Assembly: GCA_018303505.1 (NCBI GenBank)
Contig: JAGVYA010000044.1
Span: 1 to 52,647 of the forward strand
Length of the DNA stretch: 52,647 bases
Origin: Candidatus Woesearchaeota archaeon
GTDB lineage: Archaea > Nanobdellota > Nanobdellia > Woesearchaeales > GW2011-AR4
Direction: 5' to 3'
Below the pieces are notes generated by a model that saw nothing but the letters and a program-made list of their open reading frames with translations, was not told the origin of the DNA and did no database searches. A program made the position numbers and the translations under genes. This document shows positions 17,510 through 25,896 of this stretch, piece by piece; the first letter of the stretch is position 1, and each line of letters opens with the position of its first letter.

Positions 17510-20500
17510 TTCAACCTCAGTTTAGAAGTCAAATCAGGCCATATTGATTCTGGATTAATGTTTGTGAATTGGCTGCCTTGGACAAGAACATAGTAATTAT
17601 TGCCTTCCTTCTTGCATGATATGCCGGATGAAACATCTTTTTTTGCTTGGCTGAACTGCTCAACAAGTTCGCATATGTCTGTATCAAAGTTTCTATATTC
17701 TATTACCACATTCTTGAAGTTTTTTCCTTCTATTGTGCCAGTTATTGCTTTATTTCCTTGTTGTGATATATACAGCTTATCAAACTTTTTAATACCTTTA
17801 ACATAAGACTCGTCAAATGGTGGCGTTGTAATGAGTCTTTTTATAGAATCAATTATACTTTTAATCGGATTGTAAATAAATTCTTCAAATAAGCTAAGCA
17901 AGTTTTGCTCTGATGGAATTGTTATGGCGCTTGCGCTGTAGATAAAGCTTTTTAGCCTTTTATTAAACCATACCTTGTTGGTTGCATCACAGCTATGGTA
18001 TTGGCCATCATCTATAAATGCGGAATCACAACTTGTAACTCCAAATATATTTAATGTGTTAGATGGCACTTCTTCAAGTTCTTTATTTATCGATGTTGCA
18101 GCTATTATTTTGTTTCCTGTTTTAAGGACACAGAAGTTATTTGTTTGGATATTAGTTAATATGTTAGCTACTATCTCGTTTGATTCAGTTAAATATTGCA
18201 AATTGTTTAATGTATTATCTCTGTTATCGCAGAAAAGCGTAAAGTCGCCGCTCTTAAGCTTTAACAATTTCAATGCTAATAGCTTAGTTCTTGAAGACCA
18301 TTGTCCATTTTCACAGAAATTGTCGTCTATGTATTGACCAGATTCTATGCACTGGCTTGTTTCATTTTTTCCAAAAACATTAACAAGACATTGTGTTTCT
18401 TTTGGACAATATCCTGAAACAGTACCATCAGGTGTAAACTTCAGATTGGTTTTTACCCATTCACCGTCTATGCACCTAAAGCCATCACCTATTGGTTGTG
18501 CCAACGGTTTGTTTCTTTGATTTTCAATGCATTTATCGCCGTCCCAGCACTCATTTTGTGCACAACATTCTGCTGTTTGATTTGGATTTGATATAGGCGC
18601 AAAGCTTAAATGTATAGTATCAATTCCGTCTGTTGGAAGCCATTTTTCAGTGTAAGAGCAGTAATAGTTCTTTTCTGGATCATTAAAGCAGTAAGGATGG
18701 TTTGTTATTAAAGGAGCACCTGTATGTTTGTCCGCCAAGCCTAAAAGATTATCATTATTCTTGTTGAAATTTGCTTTGTCAATTGCACAGCCATGAAATT
18801 CGCCATTGTAATTCATTACAGAGTTGCTAGTATCTTTAACAAAATCTACGCTTATCACTAAATTTGAGTTCCAACAACCTCCTATTGTACCATGGTCATT
18901 ATAATACTCATTTGCATCATCAGCTTCGCTGCAGCATTTTGTGCCAGTCCATTTGAAGCCTGCTTTTTCACATGTTGCTTTATTCTTGGCATTTAACGCA
19001 GCATCATTTTTCTGTGCATCTGGTGTATCTAAATCAGTGACAAATTTGCTGTCAGTCCTGCAGTAGTATGTTGTGCCAGTTGTGGTGGTGCCAGCAACTG
19101 CAGCTCCTGTGATTGATTTTAGACCAACATTGTTTGAAGAATATTTTCTTGATTCGTCAAATGGATTTTGGATTTGGTTTGCTACAACATTCCCTGTTAT
19201 TGTAATGCCTGAATCCCTCAGTCCATCTGCAATTCCTAATATGGCACCCATATCAATGGATTTTTTCTCAACATCATACATTACAAAATGGCTTCCTCTG
19301 CTGAGCACATTTTTAGCATAATCTCTCACTCTACCCCTGTCTGCTGGCTCACCAAAGCAAACATTGCCACCAACTTCGTCACATCCATTAAGCCAGTTTA
19401 TTGGAGGACTGCAATCGGAGTTTACAATGAAAGTGCCGCCACCAGGTCCCGTGTCAGAGATTGAACATGGATGATAGTCTAAGTAATGATTCGGCGGGCC
19501 TGAGGTTGGTCTTGCGCCTTCATTCCATGATTTTACTCCAGGCCAGTTTGCTGCAACATAATCTGCCCATCTTCTAAATTTGTCACCGCCCCATTCGCTT
19601 CCTGCCTGTAATATCACTTTGTTAATTCCAATATTTTGCTTTATCCATTCAACCTCTCCGATAAACCATTCATCTGTTGCCTCTTCATTAAGCCATCTGC
19701 CATTAGCATTTGCGATATTGATAAATGTCCAGACATTTCTTTTTCGCATTGCATCAACTAAGGCTTTCGCTTCGTTTCTTCTTGCAATTCTTGGATCAGG
19801 ATCTTCGCTTCCGCCTGGCACATACTCTATCAAAACAAGGTTAAGGCCGTTATCAGCAAGTGTATTTGCAAGAGCATCTGCCTGTCCAGTATTAACAATA
19901 TGGCTGTCCCAATAATTGGCAGGTCCCCAGCCAACAAAAATACTTGGCTTTGTGCCACCCCCTCCATTTATACCTCCACCACCTCCGCCAGCTCCATTAT
20001 ATGATTGTCCTGTTGCCAGTCTTTTTCCATCTGTTTTAGATATGCATGCATTGTCACCACAGCATTCAAGAATTGACTCTCTTCCTGTTTTCGTGCACAA
20101 ATAATCATGATTACTTACAGTATTCTTCCAGAATGAGCCAAAACATCCAATCCATGTTGAGCCGTCTGCTAAATATTCATTATTTGAACAGCCTAAATAT
20201 CTGATATTACCTCTTTCTGCTGGCGAAGAAATCCAAGATGGAGAGCCACCTTCTGAGTCTAGATGACAAATATCACCGCCTTCCAGACTTGCGCAATCCT
20301 CTCCATCATCCCCGCAGCATCCTGGCCCCCAATCTCTGTTGCCTACATTATTACCAATCTGACAAGACAAACACGAAGTTTCACTCCAATCAGGATCGTC
20401 ATCGTCATCGTCACCGCAGCATAGCTTAACTTCAGCATCCCAAACTAATTCACCTAAAGCATTTCGAGTATATTTGCATTCTGCGCAAAATGATTTTTTT

Positions 20501-21192
20501 GTATCTGGGTCGTCCGGCTCACCTGCTGCATAGCCATCATCACCACAGCATGCTCCGTCCCATAAGGAATCTTTAATGCAAGCACAAGCCCTTGGATCTG
20601 CATCTGCTTCTTTTATAGTTGCAAGCATGTACCGATTAGTCTCAGTGCATGCTGGCTCACTCCAAACCCAAATACCAAAATTTGTTGTTGCTTTTGGTGA
20701 ACCCATTTCTTCTGGGGTTTTTTGTGGGCAATTACATCTAGCATCACAATCACATGCTCCGCCACAGTCACATTCTCCTCTGCAAAACGGTGGCTCTCCG
20801 CATTCTGGTGGTGTTGGTTCTTGCTCACAGTAATCTCTGCAGTCTCTGCAATCACGACTGCATCTGCCACAATCACCTTGGCATCTGTCACAATCTTCCA
20901 AACATGCCGTATCATCTCTTGGATCATCACACCAGTCTGGAATATCGCCTTGACCACCAGGATAATAACCCCCAAAAGTATCCTTTGAGAGTGTACTAGG
21001 TGGCACAGGTGTTGCGCCAGGATTTGGCTCTGTTCCCTTTGAATAACACCCAATATAAGCAGATTCTGGTTTACCTCTTCTTCCTCTACCTGCCTCAACC
21101 ATCACTGAGAAAGTCAGAAATACAAAAACAATAAACAAAATTAATATTATGAAAATCTTAGAATTTCTTTTTGTATGAACTATACTTGCCAC
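17506..21192 (-). CDS. Giant cysteine-rich surface protein, 1228 aa, with a central TIM-barrel-hydrolase-like segment
   Basis: N-terminal signal anchor IFIILILFIVFVFLTFSVMVEA. CxxC-dense tract CDRCQGDCGRCSRDCRDCRDYC. Four CCGD(D/N) motifs and a poly-Gly linker. Residues ~410-660 (NLVLIEY...INIANANG...AGSEWGG...) look like a glycoside-hydrolase-type barrel, which is a low-confidence call. Confidence 0.75.
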   Translation of the reverse strand: MASIVHTKRNSKIFIILILFIVFVFLTFSVMVEAGRGRRGKPESAYIGCYSKGTEPNPGATPVPPSTLSKDTFGGYYPGGQGDIPDWCDDPRDDTACLEDCDRCQGDCGRCSRDCRDCRDYCEQEPTPPECGEPPFCRGECDCGGACDCDARCNCPQKTPEEMGSPKATTNFGIWVWSEPACTETNRYMLATIKEADADPRACACIKDSLWDGACCGDDGYAAGEPDDPDTKKSFCAECKYTRNALGELVWDAEVKLCCGDDDDDDPDWSETSCLSCQIGNNVGNRDWGPGCCGDDGEDCASLEGGDICHLDSEGGSPSWISSPAERGNIRYLGCSNNEYLADGSTWIGCFGSFWKNTVSNHDYLCTKTGRESILECCGDNACISKTDGKRLATGQSYNGAGGGGGGINGGGGTKPSIFVGWGPANYWDSHIVNTGQADALANTLADNGLNLVLIEYVPGGSEDPDPRIARRNEAKALVDAMRKRNVWTFINIANANGRWLNEEATDEWFIGEVEWIKQNIGINKVILQAGSEWGGDKFRRWADYVAANWPGVKSWNEGARPTSGPPNHYLDYHPCSISDTGPGGGTFIVNSDCSPPINWLNGCDEVGGNVCFGEPADRGRVRDYAKNVLSRGSHFVMYDVEKKSIDMGAILGIADGLRDSGITITGNVVANQIQNPFDESRKYSSNNVGLKSITGAAVAGTTTTGTTYYCRTDSKFVTDLDTPDAQKNDAALNAKNKATCEKAGFKWTGTKCCSEADDANEYYNDHGTIGGCWNSNLVISVDFVKDTSNSVMNYNGEFHGCAIDKANFNKNNDNLLGLADKHTGAPLITNHPYCFNDPEKNYYCSYTEKWLPTDGIDTIHLSFAPISNPNQTAECCAQNECWDGDKCIENQRNKPLAQPIGDGFRCIDGEWVKTNLKFTPDGTVSGYCPKETQCLVNVFGKNETSQCIESGQYIDDNFCENGQWSSRTKLLALKLLKLKSGDFTLFCDNRDNTLNNLQYLTESNEIVANILTNIQTNNFCVLKTGNKIIAATSINKELEEVPSNTLNIFGVTSCDSAFIDDGQYHSCDATNKVWFNKRLKSFIYSASAITIPSEQNLLSLFEEFIYNPIKSIIDSIKRLITTPPFDESYVKGIKKFDKLYISQQGNKAITGTIEGKNFKNVVIEYRNFDTDICELVEQFSQAKKDVSSGISCKKEGNNYYVLVQGSQFTNINPESIWPDLTSKLRLK

Positions 21193-22598
21193 TTTCTACC
21201 TCTTTTTAACATTAACATAAAACTTATAATCATAACTAAATAAATTAAAATATTGCCGTATTTTGTATAAAAAGTTTTGTAATCGTTAAAATAAATTTTA
21301 TCTATTAAAATCTTTCGCTTTCCTTCCTCTAATGAGCTTACAACTTTTCCAAGCGGATTTACGATTTGTGTAATGCCATCATTTGTTGCCCTCAATACAT
21401 ATTTTGCATTTTCTGCAGCTCTTATTTTTGTAAACTGTGAAATTACCAATCTGCCTCTCCCTAACTCTTGGTTATTAGACATAGATACAATAAATTGGGG
21501 GTCTTTTTGAGAATGACTCCTTGCGACTGAATTTGTGGTTTCTTCATTGCAAATTATAATTGCAATTTTATGCCCATCACTTTCTATGATATCACTTGCA
21601 TCTCCCTTTACTACATCTTCGTCAAAGAAATAAGGTATACTGGCTTCATAAATTGAAAATCCATATTTGTTAAAAACAAAAGCTGTATCTTTATATTTGT
21701 CTCTCCTTCTGTCAACATAAGAAAGTGAGCCAATAACCAATGTTGTATTCAATCTTTTTGCTGTTTCTTGTAATTGTTTGAATACAATTTGGTTTTTGGT
21801 TATGTCCTCAGGCAAAGCATATTCTGGCCAAACTATGATGTGCGGATTTTCTCGAGACGCTTCATAGGTCATATTAAGGTAGGTTTCAAGTATAAGGCTG
21901 AACGCATTAAGCTGGCGCCATTCCCATTCATTTTTAAAGTTACCTTGCAGCAAAGCTACTTTTAATTTGTCACCTTTTTCTGAAAATGAATAATAAGTTG
22001 TGTAAATAGTTGATGTGAAAATCATAAATAAAATAACAACTCCAAAAGCAACAGCATACTTGTTCGGTTTAATAAAATAGTAAGCAATAGCAGAGTTAAA
22101 GAGTATAATAATAAAAGTTATTCCATGGCTTCCAAGATACCATATCCAAGGTGCCATTGAAGGATAAAATATTGCAAAATCCATCCAATATATCTGCAAA
22201 GGCAGTAATGAATAAAGCCACAACGAAATCAGCCATGCTACCGGCGGCAGCAGCGCCATGAAATTATTCTGTATTTTCTTGGAAAAAATTGACACAATTG
22301 TCATCACTAATACAAAATGCAATGTAAATACAAATGCCAAAAAAATTATATCAATGTACCCAAGTTCAGAACGGTTAATCCAGTTGAAAAAGAACACATA
22401 GGTTATTATGCCATACATAATACTATACACAATTGTTTCTTTGTGATTTCTTAGAAATGCTATATAAAACATCGGCGCCATAGTTAACCAAACAAGAAAA
22501 AAATATCCATAAGAAATCAGAATTAGCATGATTGCAGCAATCACTACTAACAAAATTTCAAGCCTTTTGAAATGAAAATTTCCAAAATTAGGTTCCAT
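21180..22598 (-). CDS. Apolipoprotein N-acyltransferase (Lnt)-like: polytopic membrane domain plus CN-hydrolase domain
   Basis: About 7-8 N-terminal TM helices precede a nitrilase-superfamily domain. Lnt-like landmarks are VALLQGN, IIVWPEYALP (Glu), FVFNKYG (Lys) and IAIIICNEE (Cys). Confidence 0.6.
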   Translation of the reverse strand: MEPNFGNFHFKRLEILLVVIAAIMLILISYGYFFLVWLTMAPMFYIAFLRNHKETIVYSIMYGIITYVFFFNWINRSELGYIDIIFLAFVFTLHFVLVMTIVSIFSKKIQNNFMALLPPVAWLISLWLYSLLPLQIYWMDFAIFYPSMAPWIWYLGSHGITFIIILFNSAIAYYFIKPNKYAVAFGVVILFMIFTSTIYTTYYSFSEKGDKLKVALLQGNFKNEWEWRQLNAFSLILETYLNMTYEASRENPHIIVWPEYALPEDITKNQIVFKQLQETAKRLNTTLVIGSLSYVDRRRDKYKDTAFVFNKYGFSIYEASIPYFFDEDVVKGDASDIIESDGHKIAIIICNEETTNSVARSHSQKDPQFIVSMSNNQELGRGRLVISQFTKIRAAENAKYVLRATNDGITQIVNPLGKVVSSLEEGKRKILIDKIYFNDYKTFYTKYGNILIYLVMIISFMLMLKRGRKWQV

Positions 22599-22602
22599 AG
22601 TA

Positions 22603-23838
22603 TCAATTAAAAAATGATTTTATGATAATTAATGTAGCATTTGCTGTGGCATTGTTTATATCTTGTTTCGGCAAAAGTTCTTGCACATCTCCTAAAATTT
22701 TTGTTGTTCTGCCAGCTCCAAACTTCATTCTATTCCTTAAAGTAGAATTTTTTATCATTTCCACATAACTGCTTAGTTCTTCTGGCTCGAAACCCTTTGA
22801 AAATCCGTCTTGAAACTCCGCCAGCACTTTTTCCAGATTATTTTTTCTAAGCCTTAAAATTTGTCCAATCGACGGTGCTAATATTGAGTACTCAAAACCA
22901 GTGTAATAAGAAGGAAGTACATCAACATCAATACTTACCATTACATTTGTTGTGCCTCTTCTCCTCATTTTCTCTATTTCTTTGTTGATTATGGCTTTAA
23001 TAGAACCATTTTCTAAATCCTTATCTGAATAAACTGACATTTGATCAAAGATATGTTTTTTTGTGAAATTTTCATTGACAGAAATTTCAACAATATCTTT
23101 TGCAGTATCGGAAGCTCCAATAAAAACAATGTAATCCACATATCCCTCTAAAAGCATTTTACCAAATACATTTGCCTTTGTTATGATATTGTATTCGTCT
23201 TCAAGATCGTAAATGTCGACATGTTCATCAAATACAAATAATCCTATTTTGCTGTTTGGTTTTAACTTCTTAGCCAACTTAATCGTAAAAATTGATAAGC
23301 CATGGTCTGTTCCAACAAAAACAAAATTTGATTTCTTTTTTATTATGTAATCGTATAAGCAATTAGTCACATTATCAACAAAATTTTCTGCTATGTCATA
23401 GACGTCTTTTTCAGGTATACTTGAATATTTTTTAGTAATTAAACAGTTATTCGTGCTTCCATGCAATTTAAGGTTAACAAAATCTTTTTTATAAGTCAAG
23501 TTATAAGATATATTAACAATTAAATTTTGATAATTATTAAGGATTTGAGTTGGTAAAATTTTACTGGAGCTTGGGTTTTGATGATATATTTGTTTTAGAT
23601 ATTGCAAACTCAGGTTTATTAACTTGATACTTTCATCTTTTGGCAAAATTTGATTAATTAGCCTATTACCCTTACTTAAAAATTGTACAATTTCATTGCT
23701 GTACTCTATATCTTGGTGAAATGTTGTTTCTTTGTCAATATTTATGAAAACAATTTCTGCGTTAGATTTTTTAAAAAGAATAGAAAATAAAATTAACAAC
23801 AACACCACAAAAAATAGTATAAGTCTTTTATTATCCAT
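22603..23838 (-). CDS. Membrane-anchored arginase/agmatinase-fold (ureohydrolase) family protein
   Basis: MDNKRLILFFVVLLLILFSILF anchor. The ureohydrolase metal-ligand motifs are retained: GTDHG, FDEHVDIYD and SIDVDVL. I set the start at Met15 to avoid overlapping the upstream gene. Confidence 0.5.
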   Translation of the reverse strand: MDNKRLILFFVVLLLILFSILFKKSNAEIVFINIDKETTFHQDIEYSNEIVQFLSKGNRLINQILPKDESIKLINLSLQYLKQIYHQNPSSSKILPTQILNNYQNLIVNISYNLTYKKDFVNLKLHGSTNNCLITKKYSSIPEKDVYDIAENFVDNVTNCLYDYIIKKKSNFVFVGTDHGLSIFTIKLAKKLKPNSKIGLFVFDEHVDIYDLEDEYNIITKANVFGKMLLEGYVDYIVFIGASDTAKDIVEISVNENFTKKHIFDQMSVYSDKDLENGSIKAIINKEIEKMRRRGTTNVMVSIDVDVLPSYYTGFEYSILAPSIGQILRLRKNNLEKVLAEFQDGFSKGFEPEELSSYVEMIKNSTLRNRMKFGAGRTTKILGDVQELLPKQDINNATANATLIIIKSFFN

Positions 23839-23839
23839 C

Positions 23840-24460
23840 TCAAAAATTAAATGAAACATAATCTTTAAAATATTTATCATTCAACCCAAGAACTTTAAAA
23901 AGACTTAAGACATCATAAGGCGACCTTAAGTGCATAGGATTGTTCGAGAAAGATGCTATAGCCATGTTACATTTATACTTTACACATAATTTTATGTTTT
24001 GCATCATTCTGCCGATTAATATTGAAGTGAATATTAAGTCCTTGTTCAGCAGCAAGCCATAAGAAAATCCAATAGCAACATTATTTTTACTTGCTAATTC
24101 ACATATTATATGATTTAATCCAGACGCCCTTTGATGCATGTAATCTTTTTTATGAACTTCCTCAAATCCATAGATCAATTTAATTTTTTTGCTTTCAATA
24201 AAGAATCTGTCCTTATCTGAGCTTTTAGCAACAAGTAATTTTGATTGCTGCAAGGCTTTGTTTATATTTTTTTGATTAATTGTAAAGCCAATTTGCAGAT
24301 TAATCTTTTTATTTTCAATTGATTCCAGTTTTTTCTGGATTTTACCTTTATAGTAATCATCGAAATTGTAAAGAAAATGCAATTTTTTATACCCTAGCCT
24401 TGCTGCTAATTCGATGAACTCATCTTCGTTGTTTTTTGGGATTATAATGTCACTAAACAT
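23840..24460 (-). CDS. rnp3: RNase P protein component 3 (Rpp30/p30 family)
   Basis: 206 aa. MFSDIIIPKNNEDEFIELAARLGYKKL... and the overall pattern resemble archaeal Rnp3, and the size fits. Confidence 0.55.
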   Translation of the reverse strand: MFSDIIIPKNNEDEFIELAARLGYKKLHFLYNFDDYYKGKIQKKLESIENKKINLQIGFTINQKNINKALQQSKLLVAKSSDKDRFFIESKKIKLIYGFEEVHKKDYMHQRASGLNHIICELASKNNVAIGFSYGLLLNKDLIFTSILIGRMMQNIKLCVKYKCNMAIASFSNNPMHLRSPYDVLSLFKVLGLNDKYFKDYVSFNF

Positions 24461-24464
24461 TTTT

Positions 24465-24854
24465 TCATTTAATATTGTTTATAAGTTTTAATAGAGGAAT
24501 AAAAGTAACCTCGCATCCGTTAGTTTTATTTTTGCCATGAAAATTCAATGAAATGATGTAACATTTTTTTGGTTTATACTTCTCTATAAAAGCGTAAAAT
24601 GATTTTGTTAATGTTTCTTTTGAAATGGTTGATTTCACATCTATAGGGATAATATTATTTTCTTTTTCTAGAATAAAATCAATTTCAGCTCCTGATTTTG
24701 TATGCCAGTATTTTGGAAAGAAATCATTTTTGGCTAATTCTGAGAAAATAAAATTCTCGTACATTGCCCCAATATCTGCTCTCTCACCACTAAAATTATC
24801 TATGCTGATGTTTCTAAAACCCAAATCATAAAAATATATCTTAGGGCTTTTCAC
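24465..24854 (-). pseudogene. C-terminal fragment of a DUF4143-type AAA+ ATPase; the N-terminal ATPase domain is missing
   Basis: PKIYFYDLGFRN...MYENFIFSEL...YWHTKSGAEIDFILEKENNIIPIDVKS matches the C-terminal DUF4143 region of ~400-aa ATPases. The ORF has no ATG (GTG at its edge), and only non-coding spacer lies upstream. Confidence 0.55.
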
Positions 24855-24956
24855 GAGTTCTTTTGATGTAATGCATATTAAAATAATAACCCTGCTAATA
24901 TTTAAATATTTGCATTTTTAGTAGGGTTGTTTTTAATAGGTTTCTTGGTATGATTT

Positions 24957-24976
24957 TCCACACGAAACAAAGGAGG
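24957..24976 (+). promoter_or_regulatory. ORB-like box (candidate Orc1/Cdc6 binding site) in the TBP/operon divergent spacer
   Basis: In tccacacgaaacaaaggagg, the first 17 nt are identical to the minus-strand box at 38547-38563 next to cdc6. Confidence 0.35.
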
Positions 24977-25163
24977 CATATTTCTTTTAAAATCTATGTC
25001 TTGATAATCCTATTTAAAAACAAAAGTATTTATAAATAAAGGGGCTTTATAAATATTTATAAATAAAACATATAAAAGCGGCTAGATTCAAGCTCTAAAT
25101 TTTAATGGGGGTGTTTTAGGGCTTTTTCAGCTTAAATAAGATTTATTTGGGGTGTAATCCTAT

Positions 25164-25718
25164 ATGGCAAAGAAAGAACCTAAGAGAGACATAAAAGTAG
25201 TCAATATAGTTGTTTCTACATCTTTAATGCATGCTATACCGCTTGAAAAGATGGCTGCAACTCTAAGCAATACAGAATACAACCCAGAACAGTTTCCTGG
25301 TCTTGTTATAAGGATAAAAGAGCCTAAAACGTCTGCTTTGATATTCAGCTCTGGCAAGGTTGTATGCACAGGCGCAAGGTCTATGGACAAGGTTGAGGAG
25401 AGCATCAAGAAGATAATAAAAAGCCTGGAGAAGATAAATGTCAAGATAACAGTAAAGCCAGAGATAAAGATACAAAATATAGTAGCTTCTGGAAGCGTAG
25501 GCATGGACTTAAACCTTAACACCTTGGCTATGAAACTAGAAAATACAGAGTACGAGCCAGAGCAGTTTCCTGGATTAGTTTACAAGCTTGCTGCTGCAAA
25601 GGCAACATTTTTGCTGTTTAGCAACGGCAAGGTTGTATGCACAGGAACAAAAAGCGAGAAAGAAGTGCATGCAGCTCTTGACAAGCTTATTGAAAACTTA
25701 AAAAGGGTAAAGGCTTGA
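25164..25718 (+). CDS. tbp: TATA-box binding protein
   Basis: Two direct repeats carry EYNPEQFPGLVIRI and EYEPEQFPGLVYKL plus SGKVVCTGA / NGKVVCTGT. A GGGGTG Shine-Dalgarno site lies 10 nt upstream. Confidence 0.95.
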   Translation: MAKKEPKRDIKVVNIVVSTSLMHAIPLEKMAATLSNTEYNPEQFPGLVIRIKEPKTSALIFSSGKVVCTGARSMDKVEESIKKIIKSLEKINVKITVKPEIKIQNIVASGSVGMDLNLNTLAMKLENTEYEPEQFPGLVYKLAAAKATFLLFSNGKVVCTGTKSEKEVHAALDKLIENLKRVKA

Positions 25719-25736
25719 TTCGCTAGAAAATCTAGT

Positions 25737-25775
25737 GAGATGCGAGTGAGCTCGTTTCACTCGCTCACATTCGAC
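25737..25775 (-). repeat. Partial inverted copy of the GC-rich element family
   Basis: The reverse complement gtcgaatgtgagcgagtgaaacgagctcactcgcatctc shares gtcgaatg and cgagc...tcgcat..tcac blocks with 43948-44015. It contains an 8-bp hairpin, gcgagtga / tcactcgc (25742-25764). Confidence 0.5.
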
Positions 25776-25776
25776 T

Positions 25777-25808
25777 GATTTTCTGCGCCACGAAAATCAA
25801 AGATTTTC
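25777..25808. repeat. GATTTTC / GAAAATC-aaa-GATTTTC hairpin motif
   Basis: The hairpin gaaaatcaaagattttc at 25792-25808 is preceded by a further gattttc at 25777-25783. It is the same motif as the array at 43121-43226. Confidence 0.6.
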
Positions 25809-25896
25809 ATGGGTTTTATCTTTATTGTTTTTATTTATTTTCAGCATTGTGACCACTGGACATCTCTGTGTAAGATATTTAAAGTGAGAAAACAAG

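Noticed and set aside
19955-20000. A C/T-rich, low-complexity run (ccaccccctcc...cctccaccacctccgcc) considered as a possible regulatory or slippery repeat.
   Set aside because: It simply encodes the poly-Gly linker (GAGGGGGGINGGGG) on the minus strand.
19073-21098. Multiple overlapping ORFs on both strands inside the 1228-aa gene, for example 20613-21098 (minus strand, other frame), 20576-20833 and 20722-20988.
   Set aside because: This is a locally GC-rich, stop-poor region. Only the 1228-aa frame has a signal anchor and continuous domain-like sequence.
25160-25522. A minus-strand 120-aa ORF overlapping tbp.
   Set aside because: It is antisense to an unambiguous TBP gene.
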